Assembly (NCBI GenBank): GCA_000934665.2
Contig: KZ538813.1
Span: 1 to 46,542, forward strand
Origin: Catajapyx aquilonaris
Taxonomy: Eukaryota
DNA: 46,542 nt
Direction of reading: 5' to 3'
Every line of letters starts with the position of its first letter. Position 1 is the stretch's first letter. The notes under the pieces were generated by a model that worked only from the letters and a program-made list of their open reading frames with translations, did no database searches and was not told where the DNA came from. Both the position numbers and the translations under genes were made by a program. Positions 1-10,155 of the stretch are shown piece by piece.

Positions 1-872
1 CTCCTGAAGACGAAGAGGACAAGAAGAAGAGGCTGGCATCCATACTCAAAAGGGCGTACGGAAGCCAGATTGACATTCCCAGTAAGGAAAAAAAAAACTA
101 CTTCTAAAATCCGTGATGTTTGTCCGAGCTGATAGTACCACTTTCATCCGCATAAGTGGCAGGCGTATGCAGAGAGTGTGCGCCATCTATTTTTTTAAAA
201 CTAAAAGACGGTTTGATGTTTGTCCGAGCTGTTAGTACCACTTTCCCCCGGATGATCCTGATAGTGGAAGTGTGCCGTGTATGTACTACCGTTACTTAAA
301 CTCCGATCTTTCCAGGTATAATGGAGGAGAAGGAAGAGGATGCTCCGAAGAGTCGTGTCCAGTCCTCTTTCTCCCAAACGGGATACGAACTCCTGGCCTC
401 GTTTCTGCCAACATTGCACAACATACTCAACCAGCAACAAAGCGAAGAACCACCGGACGAGTCACCGTCTGACGAACTGGTGTTGTCTCCACGGTCGCTG
501 CTGAACTCGACCAAAACGGTGGTCAACGGGTCAGGACCTCCTAAACATGAGGAGGTCAAGAGGTCAAGGACCCTGTGCTCCAAGTGCCAAAGCAAGTTGA
601 CTGAACCCGGATGCGCCAACAATTGCACTCCGACCACATCGGAGGAGTATTGTTGGTCAGCTCCGATGCGTGATCCAAAGTTCCACATACTTGAGGAGAC
701 CGCGAGCGATTGCAGCGATACTGGAAGTTACGAGGTCAAGAAGATTACCATAAAGTTGGGGTCACCTGGTACTACTGGGAAAGAGGGCAGCAGCTGTCGA
801 AGCAGCCTCGGGTCAGAGGTCACCACAACCAGGCGGAAATCCTCGGCCGCTTCGTCTTCCAGCGCCTCCTAA
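1..872 (+). CDS. 3' part of an unidentified protein-coding gene (partial exon <1-81, last exon 316-872)
   Basis: Open frame from 3 reads PEDEEDKKKRLASILKRAYGSQIDIP. Donor A|gtaagg at 81/82 and acceptor tctttccag|GT at 315/316 are phase-compatible (A+GT=Ser) and join the 321-872 ORF, which stops at TAA. The product is Ser/Glu-rich and I do not recognise a family. Confidence 0.7.
115..190 (+). repeat. Short dispersed repeat, copy 1 (partial copy at 215-245, full copy at 22906-22988)
   Basis: gatgtttgtccgagctgatagtacc...gtggcaggcgtatgcagagagtgtgcgccatctat aligns by eye with gatgtttgtccgacctgatagtatc...gtggcaggagtgtacagacagggtgcgccatctat at 22906-22988. Confidence 0.8.
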
Positions 873-928
873 TAAGACTGTGTTCAACTTATTCACAGCC
901 TTTGTTGCTGTTTGCTAATTGTTGTTTA

Positions 929-1372
929 CACTGCTTGGCTTCTACCGGAGCCTTTTTAAAAAATATTGCAAAAATGACCAACCGATAAACCTATAACACC
1001 AGGGGATCACCGGGTGTTAAAATATGACGGCTGTTGATTTACAGTGCATAATTAACTCGTTTAAAAAAAAATTGCACAATTATTGCGGGTTACCTATCAT
1101 TGCTAATAATTATGACGAATTGATGCTGTATTTATTATTACGATGTGTCAAACTGACCGTCAAATTACCGGGCCGAATGAGCAAAAGGTCAACGAGCACA
1201 ATTTGCAATTAACACGCATACGTGTAATTATGCACGAAAAGAATTTTACAAATTTAAGATTTTTACTGAAATTTTTTTAATGGCGGATTTTTAATAACTA
1301 TTACAACTCACTGAATATTCAAACTTCTGCTGTTTTATTAAAGCTTTTAATGTAACCCGGTAGAAGCCAGCG
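929..1372. mobile_element. Putative non-autonomous DNA transposon (CACTG terminus, TA flanks)
   Basis: Perfect 13-bp inverted repeat: tggcttctaccgg (936-948) and ccggtagaagcca (1357-1369). Left end is ta|CACTG at 929, and the right end is a degenerate CAGCG|ta at 1372. Confidence 0.5.
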
Positions 1373-1957
1373 TACATGACCAAAAAAACCGCATAGTTCA
1401 GTAGTTATATTGTGTAATATTTTGCTTTCATGTTCTGACCACGTTTTTCCATCGCTTCAATGTGATAATTGTTGAAGGGTTGTACCCAGAAAAAAAAAAT
1501 TCAGCACACGTTGGAAGCAACAATACAATGAAAGATACTCGTGATAACGACAATCAAGCACAAAAAAAACACACACAAAAAATCGTCTAAGTCATTTAAA
1601 AATGTATACGGGTGTGTAGTTACATTTAAAAAATAATAACAATGCAGGAGTGAAAAGTCTTTGTCGACTTTGTGCTGTTAGAAAATTGTCAAATTTTTTC
1701 ATCCACCTTTAAACTCTTTCCAAGACTGATTTTTTTTTTTCCGTTCCATCTCATAGATGCAGTCAGTTGTGTACAGTTCACTTGGTATGTGATTACCTGT
1801 TAGATTAAGCCAATATTGTGCGAAACTGTTCTCCAAGAGGAAGCCAGTGCTATTTAAAAATATATATATACACAAATATCCTTAATTACGTATCACTTTT
1901 CAATTGGCAGCCACATTGTTATTGAAAAGTAAAATGAAAAAGATATGCATTTACCTA

Positions 1958-1963
1958 TTTATT
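1958..1963 (-). promoter_or_regulatory. Polyadenylation signal AATAAA of the RPS26-like gene
   Basis: tttatt on the + strand, about 50 nt downstream of the TGA stop at 2012-2014. Confidence 0.6.
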
Positions 1964-2011
1964 TTCAGAAACAAATGGGTCAATCAATGGGGTCAACAAT
2001 GGGTCAGATCT

Positions 2012-2542
2012 TCACAGGTTAGGTCGAGGTGCAGGCGGGCCAAAGTCCTAGAATAAATAATTGATTACTCATTTGTGGAAATGTAACGATGTGTACTGTA
2101 CCATTCGTCGAGGAAAGCGTGGCGGAGGTGTACGGTTACGTCGTTCTTCCTTTGACCTGTTCTTGACCACTTTCGAGTGTATGGCGCATGACACGCAGTA
2201 CACCAGGTGGAAGTACATCTTGGGCAAGGCATAAGCTGATGGGAATATGCAATTGCTCAATTTTATTGGTACTTTTAAAAAAATATATATAAGCTGACAC
2301 GTACTTGGATACACAGAGGCTTCCCTGAGATCGTTGATGGCTGCTATTTCGACCATGTTCCGGACCACGAACTTCTTGACAGCCTTGTCCTTCGGTACAC
2401 ACCGACCACAGTTGGTGCATCGTACTGCTCGGACGTGGCCTCGACCATGCTTGGAACGGCCGTTGTTGCGTCGCTTCGAAGTCTAAAACACACACAATGC
2501 ATCGTGATACGCTAAGGACAGCATACATATACAACATACCAT
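2012..2542 (-). CDS. RpS26: 40S ribosomal protein eS26 (RPS26)-like, 116 aa, divergent; exons 2542-2540, 2482-2305, 2235-2102, 2047-2012
   Basis: Spliced translation: [116 protein letters not shown]. All introns are GT-AG (57, 69, 54 nt). Zn ligands C23/C26/C74/C77 are intact. An ATG-only first coding exon is typical of animal RPS26. The first and last exons are less certain than the middle two. Confidence 0.92.
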
Positions 2543-2960
2543 TTCCAAAGAAGTAGTGTCCTATCACAATGAGAGTTGGATCTGGACTGAAATGGCTTTC
2601 AGGAATGCACTGCAGATTAAATAGACCGACCCATTTTACTGGAAGGATTAGACGTAAAGCAATACACAAAGGGTGTATTCGACAAGTAGATGTCACAATT
2701 TTATCCACTCACTGAAGAGTGAATTCATGACTGAAACGTAAAGAATAACTGAGCGGAATAGCATGGGATAGAATCAAGCAATATATTTTTATCTATACAT
2801 AATTTGGCAACAATTCCATGAAATACCATCAATTCCTAATACCATATCTTCATGCAAGCATGCGGTAGTTGAGCTTCAGAAGTGAACATATCTTAATCTG
2901 TCGCAAATAAGATGCAGTCATTAGATTCACGTCACCAGACATCAATTAGGGCAACGGTCA

Positions 2961-5546
2961 TCACAACTTGCCTTCGATTGGCTTTGACTGCTGTGCCACC
3001 TGTTGGGCCAACTTGGCCAAATGCTTAACCTGGTCCGAACTTTCAACTTCCTGGCGTTCCAGGTACTTCTGGCTGTTTCCCTCACAGGCTTCCAGAAAAT
3101 ACCTGTAGTTGACCATGATCCCACAGGAGTTTGTGAGTCCCCGAGGGGAAGGATCGGCCTTCCAGTTCAACCGCCACATCATGGCTCCATTGCGGAGATG
3201 GAAGTTTGCTGGAATGACAGAAATGGGCATTACATCCGTATTACAATTACAACGTTCTCGTTAATGGTAATTACCTACGCTATCCAGTGCGTACCCCCTT
3301 CTCTTCTCAGTATGCAAATACTGTGCGCATAATCTCATTAACGGAGTTTCCAGCCTGCTTGACACGGCTTCGTCCTGGAACCAACTGTTGAGATCTATTT
3401 GCCGTCTGAGGCAGCTCCAAAATGCTTTGGGTCCTTCTTCGGTGACTCTCAGATCCTCCCGCAGTCCTGCCATCTCCGACTCGGTCAGCAACGTCGTGTT
3501 TCCTCGCTCTGCATCGGCCATTTTGCTCATCAACCAAGACTTGAAGCCAGGAACCGGAGAGAGGCTGGAAAACTGGTGCATCTTTGGAAATTCTGACTGG
3601 AGCTCCTTGACCACACGTTTTATGAGGTAGTTTCCCAGTTCTATACTCTGCAAAAGTGAAAGCACAAAATCACATTCGATACTCGCAATGCATCTCAGTA
3701 AGGTACAAACAATGGCAATCATTTCCTGCCGTAAAATTGAGTGCTGTGTAATTAATTACCTGCAATCCCTTCTGCGTGGAAGTAATGGAGTAAAATATTG
3801 CTGTGCTTATAAAATTAGGGTCCTCCACTTGCGGTGCTGCTGTTGACGATGTGCTGTCACCTGAATTTACAAACTGCACGTTACGAACATTCAGGGTTCA
3901 CTTTCAGGTCGATAACCAACCTTCAAAGCTGGAGAACCTCCTGGACATCGGATTACCCTGGAACATCCTAGGGTTGACCACAATACTCTTGATGGAGCTG
4001 GATATTTCCTTGGTGAGAGCAGTGTGCAGCACGACCACCGGCTCTCCTGGCATACTCCCGTGCGTGAACACAAAGCATCTTCTGAATGGGCCCACTCTCC
4101 TCTTCAGGTCGGTCCAGTTGCGCATCGGATGGACTGCCTCGTATTCTGACACCTTCTGCAACATGTCACACCTGCAGGGATATCGTACAGCATGTTACCC
4201 GATTTTACATGTAATAAAATATTGCTCACCTAGATTGCCAGGTGACCCTCTCAAGTTCAAGGAAACCGACGGAGAACCACAGAGTCAGCAGGTCTCTCAG
4301 TGAGGTGTTGAGTGCCCTGAGATGAGGGGAAGATGGGGCATCAAAGGTCGAGGAGGATATGAGGTCGAGGAGATCGGTGCGAAGGTCCACCAGGAATTTG
4401 ACCCCTCTTTCCACCCGGCCGATCTGGGCAAAGAGCCATTGATGCTGCGGGATGAGCACTTCACGAAGGTTTTCCTCCGCCTTAACGACATGAAACTCCC
4501 CACGATCCTAAAATGTTTGTAGAGGCTGATCATTATCATAAAAAACGATAACGCAACATGTAATGTACATACACTAAATTGACGGTAGTAATAATAAAAA
4601 TAAGTTTGCACTACGACTAGAATACAGATGTAAGAAGTGTTAATGAAGGTCACATTACATCACTTCTTTTTGTTTGATTTTTTTATCCATTTTAAAATCC
4701 CGGCTCAGATTCAGTCATCCTTGCACATGCAATGGTGGCAAATTATATGCTTTATGTAAGATCTACAGTATAACTCAACTATTTCTAGTCTTCAAAATGC
4801 GACAGGCAACAATCCTGATAAACCAAGCTGTAATTAAGAATTTAAAATGTGGTCTGACGACCAGTCTCGGAACAAATTGGCGTAACTCGAAGGCATAATA
4901 GCACCACGTTTAATGTGTTGTTTCCGCACCTGTGAGTCAAGGATGGCTTTGGCTAGCTGTGCGACTTTTGGATGCTGGACTCCAAACTCTTGCGCCAAGG
5001 TCTGCAGAAATACGTGACGTCCAGCGTGGTCCAGGCTGCTGTACACGGTGCACAGGTTTCGTACCTTGCCCTGCGAAGAACCAAGCACAATGAGGGTCCA
5101 ACTACATAACAAGTCACTTCAGGCAATGCGCAAAATAGTACCTCAACCACAAGTGAGCTCGTGTTCTTCTCCCTGAATTGCAGCACGTCTTGCAACAAGC
5201 ATCTGGCATCTTCCACCTCAAAGGGAGGTCCACCGTCCCCTTCGCCATCACTACCATCACCAGGAAACGGGCTGGAGGATCTGGAGCCTGCCTCGGACTC
5301 TTCTCTTGTTGTGTGCAGGAACCGAAGAGGAGCCAGGAAGGACGAGTTGCTCGGGGAAGATATCGGCGACAGTGGAGCACGTGACTTCCGTATTGTTATA
5401 GGACTATTAGAGGCAAGAATGGATGTGAAGAGGGACGGGGAGGTGCCGGCTAGGTTGTCCAAGCTGTCCATTGTTGTGGATGGAACGAACGCCTGGTTTA
5501 GAGGCAGCCTGGCTATAGGCCAGTGGCGGACAGAGCGGTGGAGCAT
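2961..5546 (-). CDS. MLYCD: Malonyl-CoA decarboxylase, ~598 aa (586 aa with the alternative donor); exons 5546-5142, 5070-4930, 4507-4230, 4171-3921 (or -3957), 3860-3760, 3647-3275, 3208-2961
   Basis: Recognisable MCD segments: [98 protein letters not shown]...[19 protein letters not shown]. All junctions are GT-AG and phase-consistent, and the protein ends in -GKL. The start codon is less certain. Confidence 0.95.
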
Positions 5547-6029
5547 CGTACGTTGGGCTGTTTGGAAAGGATGCCAAGTTTTTTTTAAAAATAGCTACAC
5601 ATCATCAAGGCCGCAGGTGGGACTATTGTTGTAGGGCAATGTACCTGTGGCCTTGTGAAGGTCTCGCTACTCTGGACACACATGCAGAGCAAGGTTCGAC
5701 CTCATTTTTAAAAATATTACTGCCACCTCTGGTGCCAATAATAAACCAGAATGTCTCAATCCATCCTACTAAATGTCAACGAGGCCCAACGCAAAGGTGA
5801 CTTTGTACAGTTTTGCAACTTGTAATTGCGAAATGTTTCAACTATAACAACTGGAGTAAGAAATTTAATGTAATTATCTACTAACTTTTAATGATCATCA
5901 AATTTTAACACACTCTTTGTTTGCTTTTACCTAATTGTGTGTGGCTAATTTTCAATTGACAGCAATTGCAAAGAATTCATAGATTATACTATGAACCTAA
6001 CAAGCCTGTTTAAAAAAAAAAAAAATCAC

Positions 6030-6137
6030 CGGAGACACCACTGGAATGTAATTATCAATAATTATTAATAATATCTTACACCTTTTCATAGCGCATTCAC
6101 TTATAATCGTAACAATTATTTCCAGTGGTATCTTCCG
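6030..6137. repeat. Small foldback / MITE-like inverted repeat
   Basis: cggagacaccactggaatgtaatt (6030-6053) pairs imperfectly with aattatttccagtggtatcttccg (6114-6137) around an AT-rich core. Confidence 0.6.
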
Positions 6138-7412
6138 CTAATGCAAAAGATATTATACTAACCTGCTCCATCATTCTGAACTTTGCATGAAAAGTTTGCA
6201 AGTACCGTTAATAATATTCACATGCTTACTCCACTGCGAAATTAGCTAATTAATCCTACTGCTTATAAACTAATTGCACATTCTCATTAATGATCAACAA
6301 GTTTCATGCGAAAACCTGCTTTTTAAATAACTGAACAGAAAGTGTGTAAAAATATCTGATTATGAATTATGTCCATAATAATCATTAATCTTAATTCATG
6401 CTGGCACAATTAGCTTTCAACGAGATCCACCTGTAAATATACCAAATCGCATTACACTGTACCTGCTACGTAACATATTATTTTACAAAATTACTGTAAC
6501 AATGATTCCGTACGATACCTTATAACTTAACCAATGTAATTAGTAGAAGGTGCTATTATTTCACAGCACGCTCAAGACATGCAGAAACTTACAACCATCG
6601 CTGTTGCTCCTTGCCGAGACAATGAGAGTACGAATAGCAAGTTATGCGGTTTTGACAAGCACATAAAAAAAGACCCTTTCAAAAGATTCAAACATGACAA
6701 GGACAATGCGTCACACGTGGCCTTCAAAAATTACAATTACACTATTTGCGTGGGTGTTAAAAAAAACTGGTGCGAAATAATTACTTTTTGCTACATTTAC
6801 ATACGTGTGCGGACAATCCAAACACTGACAATATTTTAGCGATACGTACTATCCCATGGGCTTGCGGATAATATTTTTTTTGCAATCACAAGTTTTTTTG
6901 AAGTGATGATCAATTTTTGCAGGGTTGCCAAGTGGAAAAATTTAGCGAGGGTCGAAACAGCATAGCAGCTGCCTTGCATTGTAACTGTTACAAGATGATG
7001 CAAAAACCTGCTACAAATATATTATCATTAAAATTTTTAATATATAATCACGATTATATTCACACTTTCTAAGCAGGGTTTTTTGTGTGTATATTTTAAA
7101 ACAATGGTGCTTACAAGTTAATTTATGGGCTTTAGCCAATTTACTTATTTAAATATAATTATACTGCGTACGTTTTACTTAGATCTTAATGTACATTTTA
7201 TTATATATAATTAACTTATTGATACCTTTTTTTGGCCCTTTTATGGGTCCATAACAGGCAGACAATATTGAGAAATCTCCATAAAATTCATTATTAATTT
7301 TTGTACTTATATTTCATTATAAAATAAATATAATACACAAAAATTCCCTTAATTGTATTGTATATTTCATTATACTGTACAATTATATTATAGCCTATAT
7401 TGATCTACTTTG

Positions 7413-7542
7413 GGGGTCGATTCATCAAATGTCGTACAGTACGTTAAATTTTCGTCGTAACCAGCCGTACCCATTACTAGTAACTACGGTTACTACCGGT
7501 TACGACGACAATTTAACTTACGGCGTTTGACGAACCCACCCC
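7413..7542. mobile_element. MITE-like foldback element
   Basis: Outer arms ggggtcgattcatcaaa / tttgacgaacccacccc and inner arms gttaaattttcgtcgtaacc / ggttacgacgacaatttaac. Confidence 0.75.
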
Positions 7543-7860
7543 ATTATTAATAACAAAATTGTTCAATTTTTTGGGGGCACGTTAACAGGCCAGCAATAGC
7601 GATAAAATCTCCTTAAAAATGTAATATATATTAAACCATCCTTTATTTTACACAACTGCAGAAATAATTTGCTAAGCGCATGATAGGTTACATATCAAGA
7701 GAGATTTTTTTGGTTAAAAAATCAAAAACTTTGCGCATAAATAAGACACTCTTGTTTGATAAAACTCTTTTGCGGTGGAATGGGGGGGGGGGGGTTAAGC
7801 GCAGGTTCATTTTTTAGTCTTTCGAGAAGGAAATTGAATGGGGAGAAAAAAAAAGACGAT

Positions 7861-8356
7861 TTAGATGGAGAGGCCGAAGACGGACACGATGCAGTACATG
7901 GTCTTGTTCTCCCAGCGTACGGTGCAGCTTCCGTCCGTGTTGTTGTCCCAGTAGCAGGAGCTGGCCGTGTGCAGACCCGCGCCAGTCTTCTGCATTATGG
8001 TGCAAGTCACTGGAAATGTAAAAACGACATGTCACAACGCAAAAACCATGAAGCGCCAACAATATGTACATACCGATGTACTTGAAGGCCTTCTGCAGCT
8101 TTGTGAGCGATCCCAAGCAGGACTCGACGACACCGTTCGTCCACTGGTTCACCTTGTTGTGAGTGTACGCATTTCCACCAATGTTGCTCTCGATGGCTTC
8201 CTTTATTATGTTGCTTATCTCATCCGCAACAAACTGGCTCTGTAATTAGCAATAATTAGCCGTTTGAGTAACTGCGACCGGTTAATACATTAACCGCAGT
8301 TTTGTTCAACTAATTAATCCGGATACTGTCCAACTTACGTCCTCGTCTGCGTCCAT
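7861..8356 (-). CDS. DYNLT1: Dynein light chain Tctex-type 1/3 family (Dlc90F-like), 110 aa; exons 8356-8339, 8239-8074, 8009-7861
   Basis: Spliced translation: [110 protein letters not shown]. Donors are gtaagt and gtatgt, acceptors are cag. Confidence 0.96.
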
Positions 8357-8473
8357 GTCCAGGTGTTGTCCAAGTTGGACTGTCCTCCAAAAAAGGTCCT
8401 TCTAATTCTGACTTCAACTGCTTGACAAGAAATGAATGGAACACAAGAAGAAAAAAAATATATATATCAACAA

Positions 8474-8495
8474 AAGATGGCGGACTATGACGTCA
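8474..8495. promoter_or_regulatory. Probable DYNLT core/proximal promoter: YY1-type motif and palindromic CRE
   Basis: AAGATGGCGG at 8474-8483 and TGACGTCA at 8488-8495, about 120-140 nt upstream of the ATG. Confidence 0.55.
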
Positions 8496-9205
8496 GCGGC
8501 GTTGCCAGGTTGACCAAAAAACAGCTGCTATATTATGTTCGGAATATTAGTTAACAATAACAGATTTTCAACAAAAAAAATGTATTTATTTTAATGTTGC
8601 AACAATTGGTGGAAAAAAAAAGTTGCTTCAAGTACAGTACAACTGGGAGGGGGGATTTAGATTTTTAACAATTAACCACGCTTTTTTTTTTGGTTGGAAG
8701 TTGGCCCACATTGTTGGCGTTTGTTACTATTGTTGAGCAACCGCACTTTTGATCGGAATATTCTAGTCGTTAACTATAACAACCGGTTTTATTTACACTT
8801 GTACAGATTGAAACCGATGGTTTGTAACGTTCGCCCAAAAATTATGTTCGTATAAAGTTAAAAAAAGAAAATGGTAAATATGTTACGACTATAAAGCAAT
8901 TAAACAAAATGTTGTGGCTGCCACCTTTTTTATGCAAATGACCGTAATGGAAGTGGAAATCAATACTGCGTTACCGGTACATTTTGAGTGAGCGATTACA
9001 TTATCTTTTTTTTTTGTACATGACAATCCTACGGGACATTACAAGGAAGACAGAGACCACAGCATCGTTTCATCGCATACACACACAAAAAAAATTACAG
9101 TTTTGGTCATGGGTATGGAGAGTACTCCTAATAAGCGTACAGATAAAAAGGAGAAGTACATCAGACTCATTGTTGTCTTTTGTATTGTTAGAACTAGGTG
9201 AGTAA

Positions 9206-9350
9206 AGCGGCGTTTACATGTGAGCGATTTGACGAGCGAAATCGTTGCCGAGGCTGAAATTAACAATTGATTTTCGGCTGAAACTATATTGGCGATTTAT
9301 CACTCGGTGATGACATCGCGCGATCAAATCGCTCGCATGTAAAAGCACCT
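9206..9350. mobile_element. Tourist/PIF-Harbinger-like MITE, copy A
   Basis: TIRs agcggcgtttacatgtgagcgatttga / tcaaatcgctcgcatgtaaaagcacct with TAA next to the ends. Same TIR family as 10808-10943. Confidence 0.75.
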
Positions 9351-9453
9351 AAACTCATTCTTCGCATGGCCTGTTTCCATGATATTGTAATCAACAACAC
9401 TCAATCATTGTTAATACCATGGGAACCAGTTGCCAACCAGTAACCAAACCTGG

Positions 9454-9476
9454 ACAAACAAACAAACAAACAAACA
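9454..9476 (+). repeat. (ACAA)n microsatellite
   Basis: acaaacaaacaaacaaacaaaca. Confidence 0.85.
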
Positions 9477-10155
9477 TTCCATTTTATAGCAACGAGAGAT
9501 TTTTTTTGAATGTCACCCGTATGTATAACGAGGACTTCCTGATCGCAGTTGGCATGAAACCAACATTAGTGTGAATTAAGAGGCAGGAAAATTTCAAGAG
9601 CCATTGCGCAACTGATGATCCAAACCGACGTTGCGTAACTGACACCCTTACCAATCAAGTCAACCATACTTATACAACAAGATGGCATCAACTGTTTGAC
9701 TCGTCCAACAGTGCGGATCAAGCCAGGCGCATTGAAAAATTTGGATTAAAAACCTAGATTTACTTAAAACATGCGTGAAACAATGCTGCTGTCTTTGCTT
9801 ACTTGAATAAGCAGCATGGAGGGAGGTACACAGCATGTAATAAAAATTTCAAGAGCGTTCCTGCAGAATCCGCAACTGTGTACTTGAGCAAGCGTTAAAA
9901 ATAACAGCCTTCAGATTGAAGTACAGAACAGTTACAAAAACAGCGTAACATTGTGCAAAAAATTTTTGCAAGCGCATAGGACATGCATGGCGCAATAATT
10001 TTCATGATAAAATCAAATTGAAATTGCGGTTCAAATGTAGGAATGCTCTTCGTTCACTGCAGGCATCTTTTTGGCCCACATTAAAAAATCACTGAATTAC
10101 TCTTGAATACCACAGAGTAAGTCTCAGATCTAAAACGACCTTTTTCCTGCCATCA

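Noticed and set aside
2136..2708. 190-aa minus-strand ORF
   Set aside because: It overlaps the RPS26-like exons out of frame and runs through introns. The spliced eS26 reading explains the region.
2945..2963. Stop-codon readthrough creating an alternative MLYCD C-terminus
   Set aside because: The stop is followed immediately by a second TGA, and the PTS1-like GKL already precedes it.
3003..5634. Plus-strand ORFs of 65-166 aa antisense to MLYCD
   Set aside because: They are shadow ORFs of GC-rich coding exons with no recognisable protein features.
5720..5735. CTCF-like motif upstream of MLYCD (CACCAGAGGTGGCAG on -)
   Set aside because: Spacing deviates from the consensus, and a single imperfect match is not enough to call a site.
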